Shown: positions 24,301-36,111, counted from the stretch's first letter. The stretch is DNA of 64,000 bases from Balanoglossus misakiensis (GCA_040954595.2 CM082591.2:3891957-3955956), one strand, 5' to 3'. The notes: generated by a model not told the origin, from the letters alone. A program made the numbers and translations.

Positions 24301-27300
24301 ATGGTCATATTTACGCATATTTGGTCCTCCGGGTCCCTGTGGTGGAGAGTTGAACCGATCTGGTGGTCCCATACCGTGTCTGGGTGGGCCTGGTGGTCCT
24401 GGAGGGCCCGGTGGGAACCTTTGACCCCTGCCTGGTGGTCCACCCGCACCCGGTGGTCCCCTGGGTGGCATTGGTCCACCTGGTCTCTGGGAGTTTATCC
24501 CTGGTGGGCCAGCCTTGCCTTCTCCGGACATCTGCCCTGACTGTCCTGTTGTGTGTAAAGAATTTCCCGATATATACAACAGCTGACAATACTTTCGTCA
24601 TTAGAACAGACAGATTGAACTTGCTCTCGTGACATGCTGCATACTTCTGTTGGCTGCATACAGTGTTTTTGCTAAGGATGGGGAACATTGGTAATGGTTT
24701 TGGGAACCCCGGTAACATTTCTACAACCCCCGTAATATAACTACATTGATACACCTAGGGGAACCCCGGTAAAATGACTGGGGAACTCCGGTAGATTTTA
24801 CCTAGGTACCGCCCTTAACAAAAACACTGGCATAGATTGTGAAGTGTGTATATGGTGGTTGTGGGCGAGAGATAGACAGAGGGAGAGGGGAGAAAGGGGG
24901 TGCAGAGTGGGGGTTGAGAGAAATAGTGCGAGAGAAGGGGGACAGAGCGTGGGCGAGACAAAGGGGTAGAGACAGTGAGAGAGGGGGGACATATTAACCC
25001 TCTACACCATTACCCAAGCTGTGTTCAAACAATTGAAGAGCAACTATCTGCCTGTTTTAACAACCTTCATGTCTGGCTAAGTAAATACTACAGATATCTT
25101 CAGCAGTGTTCTCCCCAGAGCAATTAATCCTGTTTTTGCCAGGCCCCCGTCGACAAACCAAACCGAAAAGTACGATATGGCAAAAAGAGGATTAAAGCAT
25201 AGGGGCCACTGCTTACTAATTTTTGCGGAACAATAGAACTTCATTAACGTAACAATTAATTATTCTGTATGTAAATTAAGAACTACACTATCAGAACTTC
25301 CTGGGGAGAACACTGAATCAGGGGATATTTTTTTTTCGTAAAATGCGTTGCAAGAAAGCTATTCTACAGTTTCATGGAGTGTAATTTCAACAAAGAGTAT
25401 GGTGGTTGTTGATACTGTAACCTGTGAACCTTGGACCACCATGGTTTGGTCTAAATCCATTGTTTTCTACACCATGTTGGACCTCTACAGAGGAAAACGG
25501 GGGTGAAATTATTAATCGGGAAACACAAAATGTGGTTGTAAACTTAAATTTTCATGAAGTTAGTGCCAATTATTGCTATAATTTCAGTGTTCTCCCAAGG
25601 AATATAAGACACAGTAAAGACTGATTTATACAACAATGCAAATTATTATGACAATGAGTTTTCATCTTTTCCCCAAAATTAATAGGTATTGGCTGATACC
25701 CTTTAATTGCTCTGGGCCAAACACTGAATTTGCTCGGATTCTTGGCCAACACCATTCGAACCAGTCTGATACAAAAAGGAATCCATTCTTATCAATGGAT
25801 CGCACATCAAAACCTTTCGAACGTGGCCACTTTGCGCATAGAATCTCATATTGATCATTTCCTTGAGATGTTCCAAAATACTTGAATTTCTATATTTCAC
25901 ATACCTTTTCTAGATGCCATCTCAAACTGGTTCAGACTCTGCCTGTTGCATGGAGTCACGACCGGATTTTGACCATGCAATTCTCTGCAAAATAAAAGTG
26001 TCAGATTTTATGGTGATTAGTGCGAGAATTGGACAATATTGCCAGTAATTCAGTCAACACCTTTGTTTATCTGAGAACGAATTTTCAGTATATGGCTAAC
26101 ACTAAACAGGGATACTTACTTTTTTGGCAGTTTATCCATGATTAGTCTGTAGGATGCCTCGGATCCAACATGAACGGCACAGAAGCCTTTAGACTGGCCG
26201 TTGGCACGGTTTTCGTAAAACTTGATCTCTTGCAGATCCACCACTCCGGTACTGATGATTGCATCTGCTAGGTCTTGATCTGTCGTCCACTGTACAAAAA
26301 AATGTCCGTAATTAGCGGTGAGTTTGTTAAGGGTGGTACACCCAGGTTAAGTGTTACCAGGGTTCCACAGCCATTTTATCAGGGTTTCCCTTGATAGGTA
26401 ATGTGCTTTACATAAATGGGTAGAAAAAGTATGGGGGTTCACACATCATTTACCATCACTGTTTTCCAACAGTTAACTGATTAATGATTTTGGAACACTG
26501 GTAAAAACACTACTTAGCTGGTATATAATATATAAGGAGGTATATAATTACAGTAACAGTCTAATGGTGCCAAAAACCAAAACAATTCTATTACTACTAG
26601 AAAATGACCTGGCAAGTTCTGAGAATGAGAAATGGCAAAGCAAGAAAATGACAACTGCTTTCTACCTACCCAAGTTAAGTTCCCAACATAGAGGGAAACT
26701 CTTTTGCCTGTATTGTGTGGTAGTGGCGTTGTGGGAGTCTTCGGTGACTCTGGCACTGATCCTGAGAACTGAGAGAAAGAGAGGGGCAATTAATATAGAA
26801 TACTGTAAAACGGGTTATTTTCCCGATATCAAAACATTCACATGTTTCAATTTGACAAGACACGACTGAGATGCAAAAACAACCATAGACGGACTCACAT
26901 CACTTGCACTGCGGCCATTGTTAGCAGGAGCTGTGATCACATCATCATACAAATCTACGTTGGCTGAGCTGGAATTATAATCCACTTCCTGTTGGAAAGA
27001 AAAAAGAAAAGTTACACGGCGTGTTTCACATCAGAAAATCATGCTTTTTCACCCTCAATTTGTCTGTGCTAGATAAGCAGCACCTCATAAAATTAAGTCA
27101 GTCGCACTGTCCTTCATAAAAAAAATCATAAGCTGTTCCCCTACTCTTCCCCACCCCACCCCATATTCTAACAAAACTGAGACCCCCCCCCCCCCCCCGT
27201 TAGTGTAATGCTAGCGCCTTTTGTAATTTTACGCAGTATTCCGATAGGTGGCGCACTTTCATTCGGGTAAAAATAGCAATTTGCAAAATATTTACTAGTA

Positions 27301-27693
27301 GTCTGCAAAAAACGGACCTTTGCGTACGGATTTGGAGACTTTGGCATCTATGATTCACAAATTAGGGTTTTGAACACGTTTCAGTACCTATATGACACAT
27401 GAAATGGCAATATACATGCGATGTCGCGCTGACAAAACCAAACCGAGGCCGCGTCGCGTCGGCCATTCATTTCAATCTCCCCATGCCCTGCACGCCGACA
27501 TGGCTCGCCACACTTTCGATCCAGAAAATTCCAGACCCCACGCCACAAAACTCTCCTAAAATACCCCCACGGTCGTCAGAAAGCACTTATGATCAAAGGG
27601 CACGACGGCATGAACGTCGTGTTTCGAAATTACCTGGTTAAATTCCTGTTCTATGTCGTCGGCATACAAATCAATGTCCACGCCATCCGCCAT
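21319..27693 (-). CDS. CPSF6: Cleavage and polyadenylation specificity factor 6 (CFIm68)
   Basis: Exons 27693-27634 ([20 protein letters not shown]), 26988-26899, 26768-26670 (LYVGNLTW), 26289-26120 (WTTDQDL...[16 protein letters not shown]), 25984-25905, 24545-24315, 24027-23834, 23613-23496, 23155-22827 ([12 protein letters not shown]), 22474-22398, 22281-22163 ([21 protein letters not shown]), 21952-21799, 21529-21319 (RS/RD tail). Confidence 0.95.
23258..23469. mobile_element. Tc1/mariner-type MITE (TA TSD) in CPSF6 intron
   Basis: TA-CTGTAAAACACTTTATTTTCGC ... GCGAAAATAAAGTGTTTTACAG-TA: 22-bp perfect TIR with internal TTTTCGC/GCGAAA subrepeats. Confidence 0.85.
24661..24829. mobile_element. 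MITE with CAGTG termini and apparent 5-bp TSD
   Basis: GCATA-CAGTGTTTTTGCTAAGG ... CCTTAACAAAAACACTG-GCATA; internal GGGAACYCCGGTA repeats. Confidence 0.65.
25104..25315. mobile_element. hAT-like MITE, 15-bp TIR
   Basis: CAGTGTTCTCCCCAG ... CTGGGGAGAACACTG; no clear TSD. Confidence 0.6.
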
Positions 27694-29232
27694 GATGGAC
27701 TACCCATAAACCTGCCTGCGGAATCTTTTCCCATCAAACCTTGCGGTAAAGCCGCCCCGAACGCCAACAGTCGCGCCTATTTCCTTGTAGTAATCGACCA
27801 CAACAAAACAAATGAATAAAAATTATCGATCGTCACAACTAAATGAATCAGCATAATTTCAATTATGCCTGTATGAAAATCGTATCCGAAAGAGAATTTT
27901 CCCTAATGCATCATGGTCAGTAATATGTTTCACGGTACGAGGTTAGTCAAAACACCAGGGAGTGTTTAGATTGAGACAGTCACTTTCCAAGTGACAATGG
28001 GTTTTATTCATCAGTTAAAATTTTAAGAAACTTATGCAAAAAAATATAAATGTAATATCAAGCTCTGATATATCCCATGAATTAGTCTAATAGCCATTCA
28101 GAGGACCCACTGTTCACCAATCCGATTTCATAATACATGTAATGTCAGTGAATGACAGTTTCTGTTTTTGTGTTCCTTGTTTGGGGCAAGGGTACAATTA
28201 CAAGGGCCCCAGAGTTCATAAATACTGACTTGGGGCGCCACCCAGTGGCAGCACTGGATCTATGACAATATGTATCTGGATACATAGAAATTGAAACACT
28301 GCAGTTATTTATATGTATATGGAAAAATTGTTTTAATGTCTTAGTAAAAGAAAGATAACAAAGTCTATTGTGTTTGAAGTAAGATAACAGTAACAAAACT
28401 TATATCACATAAAATATTGCAAGAAATAAAGTAGTGAAAATTTGCAACAGCTGATATTTTTGTATTCTTTGGAAGTTTAACCTTTTCACAATAACTATAA
28501 AAACTCGATTTACTTCTTTGAGAATGCTTCTCCAGTAGACCGGCATAGAAATTTTGTGTGATTGCAATATTATGTTAGCATTATGTACAGTGCGTATAAA
28601 CTAAGGACATTAAAGATTAAGTACCGAGAGCTAAGACTCATTTTTCCACTAGAATACTCAATGTGAAAATTCTTTTCCCCCCATTCTTTACACATAAAAT
28701 TGACAAGAAATAGTGAAAAAAACATCTCAGTATTACCACTATTGTTTTTTTCTGCCAAAATAATTCCATTGAAATTAAAGTATTCAGCAGTATTTTGTGT
28801 ACAATGAATATATACACTCTCTTGTAACCATGCTACGAAAATAAGACCTGACTTCTTCTGAAAAGACGGTTTTCTCTGATATCTTCATCAAGTTTAAGTC
28901 TTTGTCAATTGGCGAACTTTAACACACTACTCCTACATAATTCTGGTCAACTTTATCGATTTTTCTGCCCACTCAGCATTGTTGTTCAGATAACCCCTCT
29001 GACCTTAGATCAGGCCACTGAATACGCCCACCAACCAGTCCCACCAGACTATTTATTAAAGTGCTCCTTAGTTTGGCCATATTTCATATTATTTACAAGT
29101 CACATGCCCCGTTCAACCAATCAGGTGCAGGAAGCCACCCATGACAGTTTTGCTAACACCATGGTTAAAGTGCTTTTATTACTAACTGTTCCTCATTTGG
29201 TCCAGATCTGTGAGCAAGCTAACACATACAGA

Positions 29233-31392
29233 ATGGCGACTGCAGGCACCGAAGGGAAAATCCTGAAGGAAATCAGTGAAGATTTCCTGTGCTGTACCAT
29301 CTGTCTGGAGCTGTATACAACTCCTAAAATTCTACCATGTCTGCATACCTTCTGCCAGCAGTGTCTGGTCACTCTGGTTGCAAAGACAGGATCTCTCACC
29401 TGTCCAGAATGCCGACAGAAATTTCAGCTTCCTGTTGGACAAGTGCCAAGTTTGAAGGGAAATTTCTTCATGGCCAGCCTTGTCGACGACTTCAAGCGAC
29501 GGATGGAGTCCGCGCGTGCACCTGCTGAGGTCAAGGTCAGGTGTGAAGGTTGCCAAGAGAATACAGCCACTCACAGGTGTGTGGAATGCAAACATTATCT
29601 CTGTAACAGCTGCGTTAAGGTCCATAGGAATCTGTCGAAAACCCACAGACTTTTGACCATTGAAGAGTTCGAAACAACAAAGTCAAGCAGTCCGGTGACA
29701 TTGCAAGCAGTAGAATATTGCAGTGTCCACACCAAGAATGAAATTGAATTCTACTGTGACACCTGTCAGGTGCCTGTCTGTTCAAACTGTACAATAGTCA
29801 AACACCGCATACCAGAACATGTACACAGAGACTTGAAAGACGCCGCAGACGAGTATCTGAGAGACTTGGCAGCCATGGTTGACAAACTGAAAGTGAAAGA
29901 ACAGGAAGCTGAAAAGAACAAAAGCCAGGCCAAGCAGATACACAGTGATCTCACAGAGCAGCGCAATAGAGAAGAAAGGAAGGTGAGAATGAAAGCAGAA
30001 GACGAAATCAACCGAATAAAGAGAGAAGAGCAGAGACTTGTGGATGAGCTGAACAACATCTACAAAATGAAACTAAAAACAGCAGCTGTGAGCATTGATG
30101 AGTTGGAATTAAAGCATGGAAACATTAAGAGTGCATGCAGTTATGTTGAAACACTGATGCATCATGGGAATGCAGCTCAGCTGCTGTCTACAAAGGCTGA
30201 TGCAGAGCATCGCATCAAACAACTTATTACCATGGAAACAAAACCACGGGGAATTCTGGGACTACTGACATCTGATGTCTGTATTTCAAAGTGTACCGTC
30301 GAAAACGTTCCCAAGCAACTCTTGAAAGGTGACTCTGCAGATCTACTGATCACAACCAGAGATTCCACCGGAAAGCAAGTCGCCCCAACACAACCGGTGA
30401 AAGCCAAGCTGAGAAAACCTGATGCATCGTGGGAAGACCTGAAAGTGTCGGATAACAGAGACGGGACGCACAGACTGACAGTGGAGGGAAAACAGGATGG
30501 TAAATATCAGGTTACCGTGACAATAGGGGATAAACCGGTACCAGGCTCTCCTGTCAGCATACCTGTCATCAAAGGATTGGTTCAAAGCATTGGCTGTAAG
30601 GGGAGTGCTGAGGGACAGTATAAATGGCCCTGGAGTGTGGCCTTAAACAAAGACAAAGACATTGTCACGGCTGACACTAACAATAACAGACTGCAAATCA
30701 CCACCCGACAGGGCAGAGTGAAGAAAATCTTGAAATTTACACAATTTGAGAAACCCTTCAGACCATTTGACATATCTGTATCAAGTGACAATACATACTA
30801 TAGCTTAGATAACAACAATAAGCAAGTAGTTGTTAGTGATGAGAATGGACGTGTCATCAGATGCTTTGGACAGAATGAGCTGAAGAATTCACTGGGGATA
30901 TCTATCTGCCCTGTCAGTGGTAATGTCTATGTGACAGACCGGGATGGGGATTGTGTCAGGATTTACACACAGCATGGCAAGTACATCAGGTCATTTGGGT
31001 CAGCGGGTAAAGGTCAGGGGCAATTCGATAGTATCTTTGGGATAAAAGTGGCAAGTAATGGGATGGTGTTTGTAGCAGAGAACAACAACCAGCGTGTCCA
31101 GGTCTTCAATTCAGATGACAAGTATCTGTATTCCTTTGGTTGTCAGAGCGGGGGTGGGGAGCTGAGATACGCCCGGGGAATAACCATTGAGAATGATAAG
31201 TATGTGTATGTTAGTACATTCCTCCCTAGCAGCATTCTGAAGTTTGAAATTGGTGGCAAGTTTGTTTGTCGCATTGATTGTGATGAGGACAAGCTGTACA
31301 GCCCCACTGGTATGGCACTGACAGATGATGTGCCTTGCAGGGTGATTGTAGCTGATAGGGACAACCACTGCATCAGAGTGTTTGTACAGTAA
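29233..31392 (+). CDS. TRIM2/3-like (TRIM-NHL) protein: RING, 2 B-boxes, coiled coil, filamin, NHL repeats; copy 1, 719 aa, intronless CDS
   Basis: MATAG...CTICLELYTTPKILPCLHTFCQQC...CPECR (RING), CEGC..CVEC and CSVH..YCDTC (B-boxes), DNRDGTH/GSP (filamin), NHL repeats ending NHCIRVFVQ. A splice acceptor lies just upstream (TCCAG|ATCTG). Confidence 0.92.
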   Translation: MATAGTEGKILKEISEDFLCCTICLELYTTPKILPCLHTFCQQCLVTLVAKTGSLTCPECRQKFQLPVGQVPSLKGNFFMASLVDDFKRRMESARAPAEVKVRCEGCQENTATHRCVECKHYLCNSCVKVHRNLSKTHRLLTIEEFETTKSSSPVTLQAVEYCSVHTKNEIEFYCDTCQVPVCSNCTIVKHRIPEHVHRDLKDAADEYLRDLAAMVDKLKVKEQEAEKNKSQAKQIHSDLTEQRNREERKVRMKAEDEINRIKREEQRLVDELNNIYKMKLKTAAVSIDELELKHGNIKSACSYVETLMHHGNAAQLLSTKADAEHRIKQLITMETKPRGILGLLTSDVCISKCTVENVPKQLLKGDSADLLITTRDSTGKQVAPTQPVKAKLRKPDASWEDLKVSDNRDGTHRLTVEGKQDGKYQVTVTIGDKPVPGSPVSIPVIKGLVQSIGCKGSAEGQYKWPWSVALNKDKDIVTADTNNNRLQITTRQGRVKKILKFTQFEKPFRPFDISVSSDNTYYSLDNNNKQVVVSDENGRVIRCFGQNELKNSLGISICPVSGNVYVTDRDGDCVRIYTQHGKYIRSFGSAGKGQGQFDSIFGIKVASNGMVFVAENNNQRVQVFNSDDKYLYSFGCQSGGGELRYARGITIENDKYVYVSTFLPSSILKFEIGGKFVCRIDCDEDKLYSPTGMALTDDVPCRVIVADRDNHCIRVFVQ

Positions 31393-32679
31393 CACTAAAA
31401 CATCAAACAAACAAGCCAGGCTATCACAAACTTGTGATTGTAATATTTCATGCCATTAAGTGAGAATTGCCTACAGTAATGTAGGTTAATAATTCCAAAT
31501 GTATGAAACTTTAGTAGCACCATGTGTTGGGAGAATTTTTCAGAATTTTGATTGCATATTTGGCAAAAGACTGTGGATAAATGCATGAGTTAAATTTTAC
31601 CACAAATAGAATTTTTTTTATGGGTAGATATTTGAATATTTGTATTTGCCGTCAGTTACTATGGAAAACTGCAACTGCTGTCACCAAGTCTACATTGCAA
31701 AATGAGTGAACTGTCAAATTTTGCTGAATTATCACTGTATACATTTATTGAAACCTTGATCAGTTTAGACACTCAAATGCAGATGTTTTTTTAATTTTCG
31801 AACAATTTTTTTTAGTTCAGACAACACTATCTGTGTCTTAACAGTGTGTGGCTCTTAAGTTTCAGCTCAAATATGTTAACATTTAATAATATTCCTTTTT
31901 CATTTTGCAAAGTAGACTTATGAAACGGGATGTTTACTTTTTCATGCAGATTCTTTTCAGAATTCCAAAGTTGGTTTATGTACTTGGAAACCAGGGAATT
32001 TTTGAACTTTGAACACAATTAATGTACACTGTTAAATCTGGTTTATTTTATTGAGTGGGATTTTGCTTAGGAATTCAAAGTTTTTATTCAGATCAGAGTT
32101 CTTTCACATTTCTGTAGTTTGCCTTTTTTCTGTGATTTGTGTATCAAGTGTTGCATTATTCACATTACCAGATTTGAAATTAAAAAAAGTTGTATGAATG
32201 AATTTTACGTTTTATTGGTGTCCTTCTTTGATCACAAGATCGTTCAGTGAAACTTGCGCCACCTTGCTAACCATGCTACGAAAATAAGACCTGACTTCTT
32301 CTGAAAAGACGGTTTTCTCTGATTTTTTAATCAGGTTTAAGTCTTTGTCAATAGGCAAACTTTAACACACTTATACACCTACACAATTCTGGTCAACTTC
32401 ATCGATTTTTCTGCCCACTCAGCATTGTTGTTCAGATAACCCCTCTGACCTTAGATCAGGCCACTGAATAATACGCCCACCAACCAGTCCCACCAGACTA
32501 TTTATTAAAGTGCTCCTTAGTTTGGCCATATTTCATATTATTTACAAGTCACATGCCCTGTTCAACCAATCAGTTGCAAGAAGCCACCCATGACAGTTTT
32601 GCTAACTGCATGATAAAGAGCTCTATCACTAACTGTTCCTCATTTGGTCCAGATCTGTGAGCAAGCTAACACATACAGA

Positions 32680-34905
32680 ATGGCGACTGCAGGCACCGAA
32701 GGGAAAATCCTGAAGGAAATCAGTGAAGATTTCCTGTGCTGTACCATCTGCCTGGAGCTGTATACAACTCCTAAAATTCTACCATGTCTGCATACCTTCT
32801 GCCAGCAGTGTCTGGTCACTCTGGTTGCAAAGACAGGATCTCTCACCTGTCCAGAATGTCGACAGAAATTTCAGCTTCCTGTTGGACAAGTGCCGAGTTT
32901 GAAGGGAAATTTGTTCATGGCCAGCCTTGTCGACGACTTCAAGCGACGGATGGAGTCCACGCGTGCACCTGCTGAGGTCAAGGTCAAGTGTGAAGGTTGC
33001 CAAGAGAATACAGCCACTCACAGGTGTGTGGAATGCAAACATTATCTCTGTAACAGCTGCGTTAAGGTCCATAGGAATCTGTCGAAAACCCATAGACTTT
33101 TGACCATTGAAGAGTTCGAAACAACAAAGTCAAGCAGTCCGGTGACATTGCAAGCAGTAGAATATTGCAGTGTCCACACAGACAACAAAATTGAATTCTA
33201 CTGTGAAACCTGTCAGGTGCCTGTCTGTTCAAACTGTACAATAGTCAAACACCGCATACCAGAACATGTGCACAGAGACTTGAAAGACGCGGCAGACGAG
33301 TATCTGAGAGACTTGGCAGCCATGGTTGACAAACTGAAAGTGAAAGAACAGGAAGCTGAAAAGAACAAAAGCCTGGCCAAGCAGATACACAGTGATCTCA
33401 CAGAGCAGCGCAAGAGAGAAGAAAGGAAGGTGAGAATGAAAGCAGAAGACGAAATCAACCGAATAAAGAGAGAAGAGCAGAGACTTGTGGATGAGCTGAA
33501 CAACATCTACAAAATGAAACTAAAAACAGCAGCTGTGAGCATTGACGAGTTGGAATTAAAGCATGGAAACATTAAGAGTGCATGCAGTTACGTTGAAACA
33601 CTGATGCATCATGGGAATGCGGCTCAGCTGTTGTCTACAAAATGTGATGCAGAGCATCGCATCAAACAACTGATTACCATGGAAACAAAACCCCAGGCAC
33701 GTAGTGAGGGAGTTGTATTCCAACCAAGTGTTGACTTCAACGAGCAGGGAATTCTGGGACTACTGACATCTGATGTCTGTATTTCAAAGTGTACCGTCGA
33801 AAACGTTCCCAAACAACTCCTGAAAGGTGACTCTGCAGATCTACTGATCACAACCAGAGATTCCACCGGAAAGCAAGTCGCCCCAACACAACCAGTGAAA
33901 GCCAAGCTGAGAAAACCTGATGCATCGTGGGAAGACCTGAAAGTGTCGGATAACAGAGACGGGACGCACAGACTGACGGTGGATGGAAAACGGGATGGTA
34001 AATATCAGGTTACCGTGACAATTGGGGATAAACCGGTACCAGGCTCTCCTGTCAGCATACCTGTCATCAAAGGATTGGTTCAAAGCATTGGCAGTAAAGG
34101 GAGTGCTGAGGGACAATACAGCTGGCCTTACAGTGTGGCCTTAAACAAAGACAAAGACATTGTCACGGCTGACACTAACAATAACAGACTGCAAATCACC
34201 ACCCGACAGGGCAGAGTGAAGAAAATCTTGAAATTTACACAATTTGAGAAACCCTTCCAACCATTTGACATATCTGTATCAAGTGACAATACATACTATA
34301 GTTTAGATGGCAACAATAAGCAAGTAGTTGTTAGTGATGAGAATGGACGTGTCATCAGATGCTTTGGACAGAATGAGCTGGAGGATTCACGGGGGATATC
34401 TATCTGCCCTGTCAGTGGTAATGTCTATGTGACAGACCAGGGTGGGGAATGTGTCAGGATTTACACGAAGCATGGCAAGTACATCAGGTCATTTGGGTCA
34501 GCGGGTGGAGGTCAGGGGGAATTCATTGGTGTCTGGGGGATACACGTGGCAAGTAATGGGATGGTGTTTGTAGCAGAGTACGGCAACCAGCGTGTCCAGG
34601 TCTTTAATTCAGATGACAAGTATCTGTATTCCTTTGGTTGTCAGAGCGGGGGTGGGGAGCTGAGAAGACCCAGGGGAATAACCACTGAGAATGATAAGTA
34701 TGTGTATGTTAGTACAGGTGATTCCTGGACAGGGAATCTCAGCAGCATTCTGAAGTTTGAGATTGGTGGCAAGTTTGTTTGTCGCATTGATTGTGATGAG
34801 GACAAGCTGGTCTTTCCCACTGGTATGGCACTGACAGATGATGTGCCTTGCAGGGTGATTGTAGCTGATTATGGCAACCACTGCATCAAAGTGTTTGTAC
34901 AGTAA
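32680..34905 (+). CDS. TRIM2/3-like (TRIM-NHL) protein, copy 2, 741 aa, intronless CDS
   Basis: Same architecture as copy 1; 17 aa and 5 aa longer at two indels. Confidence 0.92.
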   Translation: MATAGTEGKILKEISEDFLCCTICLELYTTPKILPCLHTFCQQCLVTLVAKTGSLTCPECRQKFQLPVGQVPSLKGNLFMASLVDDFKRRMESTRAPAEVKVKCEGCQENTATHRCVECKHYLCNSCVKVHRNLSKTHRLLTIEEFETTKSSSPVTLQAVEYCSVHTDNKIEFYCETCQVPVCSNCTIVKHRIPEHVHRDLKDAADEYLRDLAAMVDKLKVKEQEAEKNKSLAKQIHSDLTEQRKREERKVRMKAEDEINRIKREEQRLVDELNNIYKMKLKTAAVSIDELELKHGNIKSACSYVETLMHHGNAAQLLSTKCDAEHRIKQLITMETKPQARSEGVVFQPSVDFNEQGILGLLTSDVCISKCTVENVPKQLLKGDSADLLITTRDSTGKQVAPTQPVKAKLRKPDASWEDLKVSDNRDGTHRLTVDGKRDGKYQVTVTIGDKPVPGSPVSIPVIKGLVQSIGSKGSAEGQYSWPYSVALNKDKDIVTADTNNNRLQITTRQGRVKKILKFTQFEKPFQPFDISVSSDNTYYSLDGNNKQVVVSDENGRVIRCFGQNELEDSRGISICPVSGNVYVTDQGGECVRIYTKHGKYIRSFGSAGGGQGEFIGVWGIHVASNGMVFVAEYGNQRVQVFNSDDKYLYSFGCQSGGGELRRPRGITTENDKYVYVSTGDSWTGNLSSILKFEIGGKFVCRIDCDEDKLVFPTGMALTDDVPCRVIVADYGNHCIKVFVQ

Positions 34906-36111
34906 CACTAAAACATCAAATGAACAAGCCAGGCTATCACAAAACTATGATTGTAATATTTCATGCCATTAAGTGAGAATTGCCTACAGTAATGTAGCTT
35001 AATAATTCCCAATGTATGAAGCTTTAGTAGCACCATGTGTTGGGAGAATTTTCCAGAATTTTGATTTCATATTTGGAAAAAGACACTGTGGATAAATGCA
35101 TGTGTTAAATTTGACCACAGATAGAGTGTTTTTTTATCTGTAGATATTTGAATATTTGTATTTGCCGTCAGTTACTACGGAAAACTGCAACCGCTGTCAC
35201 CATGTCTACATTGCAAAACGAGTGAACTGTCAAATTTTGCTGAATTAAAACTGTATGGTGAATACATTTATTGGAACCTTGACCAGTTTAGACACTCAAA
35301 TGCAGATGTTTTTTTGAATTTTCGAACAATTTCTCTTAGTTCAGACAACACTATCTGTGTCTTATCAGTGTGTGGCTCTTAAGTTTCAGCTCAAATATGT
35401 TAACATTTAATAATATTCCTTTTTCAATTTGCAAAGTGGACTTGTGAAACGGGATGTTTACTTTTTCATGCAGATTCTTTTTAGAATTCCTAAGTTGGTT
35501 TATGTACTTGGAAACCAGGGAATTTTTGAACTTTGAACACAATTAATGTACACTGTTAAATCTGGTTGATTTTATTGAGTGGGATTTTGCTTAAGAATTC
35601 AAAGTTTTTATTCAGATCAGAGTTCCTTCATATTTCTGTAATTTGCCTTTTTTCTGCGATTTGAGTAACAAGTGTTGCATTCATTCACATTACCATATTT
35701 GAAATTAAAAAAATTGTATGAATGAATTTTACGTTTCGTTGGTGTCCTTCTTTGATCACAAGATCGTTCAGTGAAACAAGTTGGGGCACCTCCTCGTGGC
35801 AACACTGGATCTGCAAAAAATGGTCTTAGTAAATGAAAGATAAAACAAAGTCTACTATGTTTGGAGTAAGATAAACTTCAGACAGTAAAAAAAATGATAT
35901 CACATAAAATATTACAAGAAATAAAGTAGTGAAAAGTTGAATTTTTGCAACAGCTGATAGTTTTGCTTTTGCTTGAATAGTTAGAAAACCTGAAGCATCT
36001 GCACTGGATCAGTTGCACCGTTTCGGCATCCCTCTCCCCCCGCTTTGGCATGGAATATTCCACATTACAAAAGGCCTGGAACATCCCATTTTTAGTCCTA
36101 GGGGTTGACAG

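Larger units (their letters stand above)
28826..35778 (+). repeat. Tandem segmental duplication (about 3.45 kb unit x2) carrying the TRIM gene
   Basis: Unit 1 about 28826-32255, unit 2 about 32268-35778. Both begin TAACCATGCTACGAAAATAAGACC and end GATCACAAGATCGTTCAGTGAAAC; the UTRs are near-identical. Confidence 0.95.

Noticed and set aside
22805-24754. Many overlapping W/G/P-rich ORFs on both strands
   Set aside because: Alternative frames and antisense of the Pro/Gly-rich CPSF6 exons.
28909-29232. 108-aa N-terminal extension of TRIM copy 1 in the ORF track
   Set aside because: Starts at TTG, is broken by indels and stops in the paralogous region of copy 2, and lies upstream of a splice acceptor. 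The real start is MATAG at 29233.
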